Below are positions 26,969 to 36,659 of a stretch of DNA of 64,000 nucleotides, piece after piece (within the stretch, counting starts at the first letter, position 1; the number at the start of each line of letters is the position of its first letter). The notes beneath the pieces were generated by a model. The model was not told the origin of the DNA. It ran no database searches and saw only the letters and a program-made list of their open reading frames with translations. Source of the DNA: an uncultured Candidatus Binatia bacterium (GTDB taxonomy: Bacteria > Desulfobacterota > Binatia > UBA9968 > JAJDTQ01). The position numbers were made by a program, and so were the translations under genes. Location of the stretch: assembly GCA_965213675.1 (NCBI GenBank), contig OZ243916.1:832001-896000 (forward strand). The letters are read 5' to 3'.

Positions 26969-28141
26969 ATGCTCAAAGCCGGAGTCGGACAGTCCTCACA
27001 ATCGGAGACCCGCGTGGCCATCGAGGAGGCCGCCGTGAATGCCATGGCGAGCCTTCCGGACGATGGCGCCGATCTGGCGATGCTTTACGCCACGGTCGAT
27101 CACGCCGGAGGCCTGGAACAGGAGTTGACCGCGCTCCAGCGCATCACCGGCACACGCCACGTCGTGGGTTGCAGCGGTCTGGGCATCCTGACCGACAGCG
27201 GCGAGATCGAGGGGGAATCCGGCGTGGCCGTGATGGCGCTGGCGTCCGACACGGTGCAATCGCGTCCCTTCATCCGGGATTCGCTCAAGGGGAACGACAC
27301 GGCGGCGGGGCAGGAGATCGCCAACGCCGTGGCGGCCGGCGCCCCTTCCCTGACCGTGGTGCTGGCCGACGGCTACCGAAGCCGCCCCGACGCGTTGCTG
27401 GAGGGCATGGCGCGCGGCGGCCACGCGAGCCCCGTGGTGGGCGCGGGCGCGTCGGAGAACGGCAGCCACGGCCGCACCTACCAGTTCTACGAGGACCAGG
27501 TGACCAGCAACAGCGTGGTGGGCTTTGCGCTGTCAGGCGCCTGCACCACGGCCATCGAACTCACCCAGGGCTGTCAGCCCGTGGGCGGGCCCATGGTCAT
27601 CACCAAGGCCCAGGAGAATCTCATCTTCGAGATCAACGACCGCCCCGCCTTCGAGGTGTTCGCGGAACTTATCGGGAAACCCTTCCAGCAGGACCTCCGT
27701 CGCGCGCTGGCGTTCGTGTTCGTGGGACTCTCGCCGGACCCTCGACAGACGGAGATCGAGCCCGGTCAATACCTGGTGCGCAACATCATCGGCCTGGACG
27801 CGCAGCGGGGCATTCTGGCGGTGGCGCAACCCGTGGAAGCCGGACAATCGCTGCAATTCACGTTGAGAGACGGACAACGGGCGCGGGAAGACCTCCGGCA
27901 GATGCTGGAACGGCAGACCGCGCGGTTGGAGGGGCGGACGCCCCGGCTGGGGCTCTACTTCAATTGCTGTGCGCGGGGCAACGGCCTGTATGGCGTGCCT
28001 GGAATCGACACGGCCTACATCAAGCAGGCGCTGCCCGACGTGCCGGTCATCGGATTCTTCGGCAACTACGAACTCGGCCCCATGGCCGGCGGCAACCACC
28101 TCCTCACCTATACCGGCGTGCTCGCGCTGGTGACCGAGTGA
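26969..28141 (+). CDS. FIST N/C domain signal-transduction protein
   Basis: VVGCSGLG, TQGCQPVG.PMVIT, YLVRNIIG, YFNCCARG and GFFGNYELGP. Confidence 0.9.
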   Translation: MLKAGVGQSSQSETRVAIEEAAVNAMASLPDDGADLAMLYATVDHAGGLEQELTALQRITGTRHVVGCSGLGILTDSGEIEGESGVAVMALASDTVQSRPFIRDSLKGNDTAAGQEIANAVAAGAPSLTVVLADGYRSRPDALLEGMARGGHASPVVGAGASENGSHGRTYQFYEDQVTSNSVVGFALSGACTTAIELTQGCQPVGGPMVITKAQENLIFEINDRPAFEVFAELIGKPFQQDLRRALAFVFVGLSPDPRQTEIEPGQYLVRNIIGLDAQRGILAVAQPVEAGQSLQFTLRDGQRAREDLRQMLERQTARLEGRTPRLGLYFNCCARGNGLYGVPGIDTAYIKQALPDVPVIGFFGNYELGPMAGGNHLLTYTGVLALVTE

Positions 28142-28216
28142 CTGTCCAGCCGTCACCCGCCCATGGTCACCCCTCCCACGAGTCATTGATCCAATAAACC
28201 CCACACCCGATCCTGG

Positions 28217-28450
28217 GATAGGGCGACCAGCCGCTTGCCCCTACGGGAGATCGTTCAGCCACGAACTTCGCGGCACGGGCTCGTCCGACGGCGCATGACC
28301 CCCCGGACAATTCAGCAAGGGTTCCCAGGTCCAGGGAAAGCGGCCACCGGCCGGTCGTCCTTGCGGGAGATCGTCCGATCACGGAGTTTGCGGCGCGGGC
28401 TCCTCGGACGGCGTATGACGCCCCGGGAGTTGCAGGTTTGCAGGCTCCCG
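28217..28450. repeat. Two-unit degenerate tandem repeat (120-bp period) with REP-like hairpins (BIME-like)
   Basis: CGGGAGATCGT... starts at 28244 and again at 28364. Each unit is preceded by a REP-like palindrome. Lies between convergent genes. Confidence 0.7.
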
Positions 28451-28486
28451 AATGACCGGGGCGATTTTCTCATTTCCATGGGCGCG

Positions 28487-30310
28487 TCAGCGCCGCAGGC
28501 GCTTGCGCTTGTTGGCGAGGTAGTCGACGACGATGTAGTTGCCGATCTCGTCGGGGGAGGTGTAGAAGACGCGGCCGGTGTTCATCCGCGTAAGGCGGTC
28601 CACGAAACCCATGCGGTAGTAATCCATGCCCAGCATGAAGGTGTTGATGCGGATGCCGCTCTGTGTGCAGCGCCGCACCTCCTTGAGGGTTTCCCGGACG
28701 ATGCGCTCGTGCAGCAGGGCCGAGCCCCAGCCGCTGTGCAGGCGGCCGCCCCGGTCGACGTTGCAGGCGGTGGGCTCGCCGTCGGTGATGAGGATGATCT
28801 GCCGGTTGGTGGCTCGATTGTTTCCCAGCAGTTGCCGCGAGAACCTCAATGCTTCCTTGATATCGGTGCCGTGCTCCATGAAGTACGTGATGGCCACGAT
28901 GGAGGGCAGGTCCTCGGTGCGTATCGCCTTCGCATTGGAACGGAACGCCACCAGGTGCAGGACGTCCTGGGGGAACTTGGTCTCGATGAGCCGGTTGAGC
29001 GCCAGCGCCACCTTCTTGCCCGCGTGCAGGGCGTCGTTCATCAGCATGGAATAGCTGACGTCGATGAGCAGCACGGTCTCCGTATCGGTGGAGAACTCGT
29101 GCTGGTACACGTGGAAGTCCTTGGGCTCGATGCGCACCGGGACCCCGGTGCGGCCGTCTTCCAGCGAGTGCATCAGGGTCTTGCGTATGTCGATGTTGAG
29201 CGGATTGCCGTACTCGTAGGGCTGGGCGTCCTCCAGGCGCATGCCCTGATTGCCGATCCTGGCGCTGGAGTGTTGCCCCCAGCGGTTCTTGTTCATGAGC
29301 TGGAAGATCTCTTTCAGAGCCTTGTCGCCGAGTTGGCGCATGCCCCTGGGACTCAGACGCACCCCGCTTCCCGTACGCACCAGGTAGCCCGCGTCCACCA
29401 TCATCTGCTCGACGCCCTGGAGATACTTGAGCTGTTCACAGGCGTCCTCGCCCAGAAGCTCGCGCATGGCTTCGAGGTCCAGGTCCGAAACGTCACCGAG
29501 CCCGCGGCGTCCCCAGCGCATGAACTGCTCCAGGCTGCGTAGCTGCCCGAGGACCTGCCCGGCCTCCCCCGTGCTCATGCGCTGGCTTCCCTGAAAGGGG
29601 TACTGGTTCAGCAGTTGTTCGAGCTGCTCCATATCGGACATGGCGTCGCTCAGCCGCTGCAAATCCTGCTGGCTCAGGGAATCGAGGTTCTCAAGCAGGT
29701 TGTCGAGGTCCTCCACCGCGGCATCGAGCATGTTGGGAAGGTTCTTGAGGAAGTCGTCGTCCTTCAGCAGCCGGCTGAGCCTGTCCAGCATCTGTGTCAG
29801 GTCCGGCGCGCCCGGCCCCGTGAGGTTCCGGGCCTGTTGCCCGGAGCGCTGTTCGATCTGGTCGCCCAAGCGCTGCTTGAGTTGCTGGTAGCGTTCCTGG
29901 GCCTGCCGCATCCGCTCGGCCAACTCGTCCATGTTGCCGGCGTAGCGCCCGGAAAGCCGCTCCATGAAGTGGCGCATCTGCTCGTGATACGCTTCCAGCT
30001 TCTCCGCCAGATCGTTCAGCTTCTGGCTCAGGGCCTCACTTTCCTCGGGCGAGAGCTTGAAGGAATCGGGAGCGTACCTGTTGAGGAGTTCCTGCTTCTT
30101 TTCTTCGGCCTGCCGCAACAGGTCGCGCAGCCCTTGCACCGAGCGCATGCCGTCGTCGGACTCGAAGCCCCGGCGCATCAGGCCCCGTAGGGCACGGTGC
30201 ACACCCTCTTCTTCCAGGAACGTATCCGAAAGCTGCTTCAGCAGGTCATTGGCGGTGGGAAAGCGGACCTCCTGGGAACCGTCCCAGTGGGTGTAGCGGT
30301 GGATCCTCAT
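28487..30310 (-). CDS. VWA domain protein (long coiled-coil N-terminus)
   Basis: N-terminal YTHWDGSQ, MIDAS DVSYS, GTDIKEAL and ITDGEPTA. Confidence 0.88.
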   Translation of the reverse strand: MRIHRYTHWDGSQEVRFPTANDLLKQLSDTFLEEEGVHRALRGLMRRGFESDDGMRSVQGLRDLLRQAEEKKQELLNRYAPDSFKLSPEESEALSQKLNDLAEKLEAYHEQMRHFMERLSGRYAGNMDELAERMRQAQERYQQLKQRLGDQIEQRSGQQARNLTGPGAPDLTQMLDRLSRLLKDDDFLKNLPNMLDAAVEDLDNLLENLDSLSQQDLQRLSDAMSDMEQLEQLLNQYPFQGSQRMSTGEAGQVLGQLRSLEQFMRWGRRGLGDVSDLDLEAMRELLGEDACEQLKYLQGVEQMMVDAGYLVRTGSGVRLSPRGMRQLGDKALKEIFQLMNKNRWGQHSSARIGNQGMRLEDAQPYEYGNPLNIDIRKTLMHSLEDGRTGVPVRIEPKDFHVYQHEFSTDTETVLLIDVSYSMLMNDALHAGKKVALALNRLIETKFPQDVLHLVAFRSNAKAIRTEDLPSIVAITYFMEHGTDIKEALRFSRQLLGNNRATNRQIILITDGEPTACNVDRGGRLHSGWGSALLHERIVRETLKEVRRCTQSGIRINTFMLGMDYYRMGFVDRLTRMNTGRVFYTSPDEIGNYIVVDYLANKRKRLRR

Positions 30311-30461
30311 GCCGCGGTCACTATATCGCAGGCGCTTCCGGCACTGCAACAACGAATGCGTGAATGCGTGGAAGGAACTGCGGGTGGAACCGCGCCGCGG
30401 ACTTCGTTATAAAACGACAGCCAAACCAATAGGGACATCTCAACCCAGCCCCGGAGGACAC

Positions 30462-30674
30462 ATGAAGGTCACGGTGGACAACACCAAGTGCGACGGCCAC
30501 GAAAAGTGCGTTCAGGCGGCGCCCAAGGTCTTCAAGATGAACGAGCGCTTCATCGCGGAGGTGGCCGACCCCAACGGCGACACCCAGGAGAAGGTCGTCC
30601 TCGCGGCCCGGATCTGCCCCACCAAGGCCATCACGGTGGAGGACGACGACGGCAACACGCTCTTCCCTGTGTAG
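30462..30674 (+). CDS. Monocluster (3Fe-4S-type) ferredoxin
   Basis: CDGHEKC...AP.VF...CPTKAI. GGAGG RBS. Confidence 0.9.
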   Translation: MKVTVDNTKCDGHEKCVQAAPKVFKMNERFIAEVADPNGDTQEKVVLAARICPTKAITVEDDDGNTLFPV

Positions 30675-30830
30675 AGCCGACCCGCGGACGCCCGTGCCCG
30701 GAACCCCGGTCAGGAGTGACCCGCGGCGGGCCCATGCCGGGGCGCCGAGTCCGGGGCCAACCGTCGCTCGGGCACGGCCGGGCTCCCGATGTCGCGCCCG
30801 TCGCCGCGGCCGGCACACGAACCGGTCCCG

Positions 30831-32063
30831 TCATTCGAACACGACGCTGGCGAAGCTGCATATGGAGCCCACGGGGTCCATGTCGCCGTGCCCGTGGGCC
30901 ACCACCCGCCCCCGTTGGGCCGGCATAGCCTTCAGCATTGTATAGATGGGCGCGAAGCCGCAAATCCGGCGCCGGTCTTCCTCTTGCGCGAGGTAGCCGC
31001 GGAAGCCGTCCGGGTCCACGTTTTTCACGTACTCCAACATCTCCATGTCGGCGTCCTTGACCGCGTCCAGCGATTCTCCCCTGAAACCCTCGGCGTCGCC
31101 GTAACGCGGCCCCACGTGGGCCAGGTCCGCGCTGGCGATGACACAGATGCGCCGGCCATCCGCCGCCAAAGCCTGCCCCAGCGCCTGGGTGAATTCTTCG
31201 ATGAGAACGCCCGCCGGGCTGGAGCCGGTTGCCGCGTACGAAAACGAGCACAGCACCGGCACGATGGGCACCGTGTTGCCGAAGAGCTGCTGCATGAACA
31301 GCACCTGAAACTCGATGGTGTGCTCGGAGCGGTGGGCCAGCTCGTCCGCGAACAACGCTTCGCCGTGCAGCTCGCTCAGCCGGGCGACAAAGCCGGCGTC
31401 CACCGGGACCTCCCCCAGGGGCGTCGCAAAGCGCTTGCGGGTCAGGGCATACGGGTTGCGCAGCGCGCTGTGCCCGGTTCCGAGGATGACGAACAGCTCC
31501 GGCGGCTCCGCCTCGGCCAGTTCCTTGTAGGCCCAAGCGTAGGCGTGGCCCCCCAGCCGCAGGTCGATGTGTGGCGCGACGATGCCGGGGATGCGCCGCT
31601 TCCGCTCCCCCGCGCCCGGCAACCCCGGCCCCTCCGGCGGTTCGAACAGTCGGCTCAGGCCGTCCTTCAGCGCCCCGGGGTCTTCGTCGTAGCTGACACC
31701 CGCGTGAAACGCTTCTCGTACCGCGGCCTCCCGGAACGAAACGGCAAGCTGCTGATAGTGGCGCCTGAAGTTGTCGTTCTCCAGGAAGTATCCCTCATCC
31801 AGAATCCCGCAAAGCTGCTCCAGCAACTCCAGCGGGAACTCCACCCCGTGTGCCTCCCGGTAGGCCGCCTGAATCTCCGGCAGCGTGTGCCGGCCGTCGA
31901 AAAAGCGCAGCGCGTAGGCCGCCTGGGGGTGGAGGCGCAGAACCTTGTCGCTGACGTGCTGGGGATCACGGATGCCGAAGTCCCGCCTACCCGGCTCGCC
32001 TGGCACGGGAAACACATCGACATAACGAAGGCGCGGCCGCATGGAGGAACTTTCGTGGCTCAT
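30831..32063 (-). CDS. AmmeMemoRadiSam system protein B (MEMO1 family) with N-terminal extension
   Basis: HAGVSY, APHID, ILGTGH, TPLG, HRSEHTIEFQ, ASADLAHVG and ICGFAPI. Confidence 0.88.
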   Translation of the reverse strand: MSHESSSMRPRLRYVDVFPVPGEPGRRDFGIRDPQHVSDKVLRLHPQAAYALRFFDGRHTLPEIQAAYREAHGVEFPLELLEQLCGILDEGYFLENDNFRRHYQQLAVSFREAAVREAFHAGVSYDEDPGALKDGLSRLFEPPEGPGLPGAGERKRRIPGIVAPHIDLRLGGHAYAWAYKELAEAEPPELFVILGTGHSALRNPYALTRKRFATPLGEVPVDAGFVARLSELHGEALFADELAHRSEHTIEFQVLFMQQLFGNTVPIVPVLCSFSYAATGSSPAGVLIEEFTQALGQALAADGRRICVIASADLAHVGPRYGDAEGFRGESLDAVKDADMEMLEYVKNVDPDGFRGYLAQEEDRRRICGFAPIYTMLKAMPAQRGRVVAHGHGDMDPVGSICSFASVVFE

Positions 32064-32108
32064 GGAAACAAGTTATAGGCTGGGGAGAGTCGGATCAACG
32101 GCGCCTTT

Positions 32109-32141
32109 GGAGCTTGCGCCGCAGGAAATCGCGCAAGCTCC
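32109..32141. promoter_or_regulatory. 11-bp-stem hairpin in a divergent intergenic region
   Basis: GGAGCTTGCGC-cgcaggaaatc-GCGCAAGCTCC. Related to the AGGAGCCTGTGCCGCAGGAATTC repeat ends. Confidence 0.4.
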
Positions 32142-32228
32142 TGGACTGTGCTGCGCGGAGTTTGTCTCGAATGAGCGGGACAAATGGGTGAGGCGGCCGG
32201 TTCACCGGGCGGACGCGGCGCACTCGCG

Positions 32229-33170
32229 ATGAAGAACGAAACCCTTACCGCCGTTCGGGGCATTCAGGTGGGTCACGCCACCCGCCGGCGCGCGCGCACG
32301 GGCTGCACGGTGGTGCTGTGCGCGGCGGGCGCGGCCGCGGGCGTGGACGTGCGCGGATTCGCGCCCGGCACCCGCGAGACCGACGCCATTCGAGCCGGCC
32401 GCCTGGTGGGACAAGCCCACGGCGTCCTCTTGACCGGTGGCAGCGCCTTCGGCCTCGACGCCGCCGCCGGGGTCATGCGTTTCCTCGAAGAGCGCGGCGC
32501 CGGCTACTCCACCGCCCACGGCGTCGTCCCCATCGTGCCCGCGGCGGTGATCTACGACCTGGGAGTGGGCGATCCGCGCGTCCGCCCCGACAAGGCCATG
32601 GGCTACCGGGCCTGCGCCGCGGCCACGGACACGCCGGTCCCCACGGGCCGCATCGGCGGAGGCACGGGCGCCACGGTGGGCAAGGCCCCGGGCCTGCGCC
32701 GCGCCTCCGGCGGCATCGGCTCGGCCTGCGCCAGACTGCCCGCCGGCGCCACCGTCGGCGCCCTCATCGTCGTCAACGCGGTCGGCGGCATTGTCGATCC
32801 CGCCACCGGCGCGTGGATCGCCGGCGCACCGGACGAGACCCCCGAGCGGACGGCGGACGCGCGGAGACCCCCGGATCCAGCCTGCTCCCAAGGCCCGCTC
32901 ATGCCCGGCGGCAACACCACCATCGGCGTCGTCGCCACCGACGCGGACCTCTCCCCGGCGGAAGCCAACGTCGTCGCATCCATGGCCCACGACGGCATCG
33001 CCCGCGCCATTCATCCCGCCCACACCCTCCACGACGGCGACACCCTGTTCGCCCTCGCCACCGGCAAGGCCGAGGCCGAGGTCAACGCCGTCGGCATCCT
33101 CGCCGCGGACGTCGTGGTTCAGGCCATTCTCAACGCCGTGGCGAGCGCCGTCGAGGGGCCCGGCGCGTAG
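32229..33170 (+). CDS. P1/S58 family peptidase (DmpA-like)
   Basis: GIQVGH, TGCTV, APGTRETD, LTGGSAFGL, autoproteolysis motif GNTTIGVVAT and HTLHDGD. Confidence 0.92.
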   Translation: MKNETLTAVRGIQVGHATRRRARTGCTVVLCAAGAAAGVDVRGFAPGTRETDAIRAGRLVGQAHGVLLTGGSAFGLDAAAGVMRFLEERGAGYSTAHGVVPIVPAAVIYDLGVGDPRVRPDKAMGYRACAAATDTPVPTGRIGGGTGATVGKAPGLRRASGGIGSACARLPAGATVGALIVVNAVGGIVDPATGAWIAGAPDETPERTADARRPPDPACSQGPLMPGGNTTIGVVATDADLSPAEANVVASMAHDGIARAIHPAHTLHDGDTLFALATGKAEAEVNAVGILAADVVVQAILNAVASAVEGPGA

Positions 33171-33343
33171 GGGCCTGTGCCGCAGGAATTCGCGGCTGCA
33201 AACCAGACGGGACAGCATTCTTGCCAATCATCCATCATCTGGACGATATGCAAGGACAAAATGCGGAAATACTTTCGAACACGGTGGGGGTCGTCACGAC
33301 TTCCTTGAGTCCTGGTGCGCTTGTCTGATAGATAGAGAGACAA

Positions 33344-33418
33344 GCGCCCGTAGTGAAAAGGACATCACGAGGGTCTCCGGAACCCTAAGTCCAGGTTCGA
33401 TTCCTGGCGGGCGCACCA
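33344..33418 (+). tRNA. tRNA-Arg (anticodon CCG)
   Basis: Acceptor GCGCCCG/CGGGCGC, D-stem GTGA/TCAC, anticodon stem AGGGT/ACCCT with loop CTCCGGA, T-arm CCAGG-TTCGATT-CCTGG, and encoded ACCA end. Confidence 0.95.
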
Positions 33419-33491
33419 CTCACGCAGCTCTTGTCCGCCCAGCTCCTGTCCGCCCGCTTCCCCCCTGCTGTGGCGCCCCTTGCCTGGCACC

Positions 33492-34559
33492 CTACTTCGG
33501 CAGTTTGTCGTCGATGCCCTTGACGTACCAGTTCATGCCCAGCAGGGTGCCGTCGTCGAGGTTCTTGCCCTTGGGCACGGCCAGGGAGCCGTCCTGCTTG
33601 TGAATGGGGCCGGCAAAGACGTGCATCTTCCGGGAGCGGATCTTTTCCTCGGTGGCCTTGGCCATGGCGGCCACTTCAGCGGGCATGTTGGTGTAGGGGG
33701 CCATGCCCACCATGCCCGTGTCCATGCCGCCCCAGGTGTCGGTGGACTTCCAGTTCCCGTCGAGTACGGCCTTCACGCGCTGGATGTAGTAGGGCCGCCA
33801 ATCGTCGATAATCGAGGTGAGCTGGGTCTTGGGGCCGAACTTGATCATGTCCGACGCCTGGCCGAAGGCCTTGACGCCCTTCTCCCCCGCGATCTGCATG
33901 GGCGCGGTGGAGTCCGTGTGCTGGGTGACGATGTCCGCGCCCTGGCCGATGAGCACCTTGGCGGCATCCGCCTCCTTGCCGGGATCGAACCACGAGTTCA
34001 CCCACACGGTCTTGACCTTGAAGTCCGGGTTGATGGACTGAGCGCCGAGCATGAAGGCGTTGATGCCGCGCACCACCTCCGGGATCGGAAACGAGGCGAT
34101 GTAGCCGGCGACGCCGCTCTTGGACAGCGTCGCGGCGATCTGGCCGATGACGTAGCGCCCCTCGTAGAAGCGCGACGAATAGGTGGCCACGTTCCTGGCG
34201 CGCTTGAAGCCCGTGGCGTGCTCGAACAGGACCTTCGGAAAGCGCTTGGCCACCTTGATGGTGGGATCCATGAAGCCGAAGGAGGTGGTGAAGATCAGAC
34301 CGGCGCCCTCCCGCGCCAGACGCGTAATGGCGCGTTCGGTGTCCGGACCCTCGGCGACCTTCTCGATGTAGAGGGTCTTCACTCGTTTGCCCAGCGCCTC
34401 TTCGACGGCCAGTCGGCCCTGATCGTGCTGGTAGCTCCAGCCGTGATCGCCGATGGGGCCCACATAGACGAAGCCGACCTTCAAGGGGTCCGCCGCGAAC
34501 GCGGACGCGGTGACGAGGGACAGGGCAAGAACGGCCGCCAGCACGATGAATCGTCTCAT
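33492..34559 (-). CDS. BMP-family (purine/nucleoside) ABC substrate-binding protein
   Basis: Signal peptide, KVGFVYVGPIGDHGW, IFTTSFGF, PIPEVVRGINAF, WFDP and QHTDS. Confidence 0.93.
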   Translation of the reverse strand: MRRFIVLAAVLALSLVTASAFAADPLKVGFVYVGPIGDHGWSYQHDQGRLAVEEALGKRVKTLYIEKVAEGPDTERAITRLAREGAGLIFTTSFGFMDPTIKVAKRFPKVLFEHATGFKRARNVATYSSRFYEGRYVIGQIAATLSKSGVAGYIASFPIPEVVRGINAFMLGAQSINPDFKVKTVWVNSWFDPGKEADAAKVLIGQGADIVTQHTDSTAPMQIAGEKGVKAFGQASDMIKFGPKTQLTSIIDDWRPYYIQRVKAVLDGNWKSTDTWGGMDTGMVGMAPYTNMPAEVAAMAKATEEKIRSRKMHVFAGPIHKQDGSLAVPKGKNLDDGTLLGMNWYVKGIDDKLPK

Positions 34560-34596
34560 TTTTCCTCCTCCGGATGCGTGAAAGGCGCCGGCGGAC

Positions 34597-35517
34597 TTAC
34601 CGGTCCGGCACGAATGTTTGACCGATACAAGCAGGTGTATTCACTTTCGTCAAGATGCGGTTGCCGGAGATGGCCAGCAGCGCCGCAATGGTCACCAGAT
34701 ACGGCAACGAGGCCAGAAACTGGGGCGGAATGGCCACGCCGATGGCCTGGGCGTAGAGGCCCATGATCCACACGGCGCCGAAGAGATACGCGCCCACGGC
34801 CACGCGATTCGGCGTCCAGGTGGCGAATACCACCAGCGCCAGGGCGATCCAGCCGCGTCCGGCGGTCATGTTCTCGATCCACTGCGGGGTGTAGACCAGC
34901 GACAGGTAGGCCCCGGCCAGCCCGGCGCACGCGCCCCCGAAGGCGATGCAGCGATAGCGCACCCCGGCCACGTCGTAGCCCAGGGCGTGGGCGGAATGAT
35001 GATTGCTGCCCACGGCCCGTATCACCAGACCCATGCGCGTGCGCTTGAACATCCAGGCCACGAATACGGTGACGGCCACCGACGCATAGACCAGCGCGTC
35101 CTGGGCGAAAAGCACCGGACCGATGAGTGGCAGATCGCTCAACCCCGGAATGTGCCACGCCCTGAGCTTCACGCCGGGAAGCCCGGTGAAGGGCTGGCCG
35201 ACGAGCCCGGAAAGCCCGATGCCGAAGAGCGTCAGCGCGAGGCCCGTGGCCATCTGGTTCGCCGCCAGCGTCTGGGTGAGGAAGGCGAAGAGGAGCGCCA
35301 TGACGACACCGGTCGCAATGGCGGCAACCACGCCCAGCGCGGCCGACCCGGTGGTATACGCGGCCGCGAAGCCGGTGACCGCGCCCATGATCATCATGCC
35401 CTCGACGCCGAGGTTCAGTACGCCGGAACGCTCCGTCACCAGTTCCCCCACCGCGGCCAGAAGTAGCGGCGTGGACGCGGTGATGATGGTGAGCAGGACC
35501 GCTTCGAGGGCGCTCAT
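34597..35517 (-). CDS. Nucleoside ABC transporter permease 2
   Basis: ERSGVLNLGVEGMM and AGRGWIALALV. ATG overlaps the upstream permease stop. Confidence 0.92.
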   Translation of the reverse strand: MSALEAVLLTIITASTPLLLAAVGELVTERSGVLNLGVEGMMIMGAVTGFAAAYTTGSAALGVVAAIATGVVMALLFAFLTQTLAANQMATGLALTLFGIGLSGLVGQPFTGLPGVKLRAWHIPGLSDLPLIGPVLFAQDALVYASVAVTVFVAWMFKRTRMGLVIRAVGSNHHSAHALGYDVAGVRYRCIAFGGACAGLAGAYLSLVYTPQWIENMTAGRGWIALALVVFATWTPNRVAVGAYLFGAVWIMGLYAQAIGVAIPPQFLASLPYLVTIAALLAISGNRILTKVNTPACIGQTFVPDR

Positions 35518-36659
35518 GGCGTGGTTCCCCCAGCATCCGGCGCGCCGGTTGCGCTGTTGTCCGCCGCCGCCGCCGGCCCATCCTCGGACGCCGTGGCCCT
35601 GGTCCCCCACGACCACCGCACGCGGCAACGGATCAGTGTATCGCAGGCGAGAATGAAGAACAGCAGCATGCCCTGGAAAACCTGCGCGGTCTTTTCGGAA
35701 ATGGCCAGCTCCACTTGCGCGGCCTCCCCGCCCAGGTAACAGATGGCCAGCACCAGTCCGCCGAACAGCGCGCCCAGCGGGTTGAGACGCCCGAGGAACG
35801 CCACGATGATGGCGGTGAAGCCGTAGCCCGGTGAAATGGTGGGCTGCAGTTGTCCCACTGGACCGGCCACCTCGCAGATGCCCGCCAGTCCGGCCAGGGC
35901 GCCGGAGATGCCGAAGCACAGCCAAGTGGTGCCGGACGCGGAGAAGCCGCCGAAGGTACTCGCGCGCGGCGCCTCTCCCCGCGCCCGGATCTCGAAGCCT
36001 TTGAGCGTGCGCGTCAGAAACAGCGCCAGCACCATGGCCGCCACGAGGGCCAAGACCGCGCCCAGATGCACCCGCCCGTCGCCGAAGGTGGCCAGCAGGT
36101 GCCAGTCGTTGAAGCTGATGGACTTGGGAAAGTTGAACCCCTGGGGGTCGCGCCATGGACCGCGCACCAGCCAGTCCAGGAGGTACTGCGCCACGTACAC
36201 CAGCATGAGGCTGGTGAGGATTTCGTTGGCGCCGAAGCGGTTGCGCAGGAGCGCCGGCACCGCGGCCCACGCCATGCCGCCGAGAACGCCCAGCAGCAGC
36301 ATGGCGGGAATCGCCAGCGCGGAATTCCACTCGGGCGCCAGAATGGGGATGGATGCGCCGGCCAGGGCGCCGGCGATGAGCTGACCCTCGGCGCCGATGT
36401 TCCACAGGTCGGCGCGGAAGCAGATGGCCAGTCCCGCGCCGATGAGCACCAGCGGGGCGGCCTTGACAATGAGCTCCTCCACCGACCACAGGGTGGTCAG
36501 GGGACCGATGAAATAAACGAAGATGGCGTGCAGCGGATCGATGCCCCGGGCGGCGAAGAGGATGCTGCCGAAGAGAACGGTGAGGGCCACGGCCAGCAGC
36601 GGCGAAGCCACCTGCATGACCCGGTTGCGCTCCGGGCGCTTCTCCAGCGCCAGCCTCAC
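35514..36659 (-). CDS. Nucleoside ABC transporter permease 1
   Basis: WNIGAEGQ, NEILTSLML and GYGFTAIIVAFLGRLNP. GTG start overlaps the ATPase stop. Confidence 0.92.
   Translation of the reverse strand: MRLALEKRPERNRVMQVASPLLAVALTVLFGSILFAARGIDPLHAIFVYFIGPLTTLWSVEELIVKAAPLVLIGAGLAICFRADLWNIGAEGQLIAGALAGASIPILAPEWNSALAIPAMLLLGVLGGMAWAAVPALLRNRFGANEILTSLMLVYVAQYLLDWLVRGPWRDPQGFNFPKSISFNDWHLLATFGDGRVHLGAVLALVAAMVLALFLTRTLKGFEIRARGEAPRASTFGGFSASGTTWLCFGISGALAGLAGICEVAGPVGQLQPTISPGYGFTAIIVAFLGRLNPLGALFGGLVLAICYLGGEAAQVELAISEKTAQVFQGMLLFFILACDTLIRCRVRWSWGTRATASEDGPAAAADNSATGAPDAGGTTP

Noticed and set aside
28217-28450. Possible CRISPR array
   Set aside because: Only two diverged units, the linkers are similar rather than unique spacers, and there are no cas genes.
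33344-33491. tRNA-Arg as an integration site of a genomic island
   Set aside because: No integrase nearby, no duplicate of the tRNA 3' end seen, and flanking genes are ordinary.
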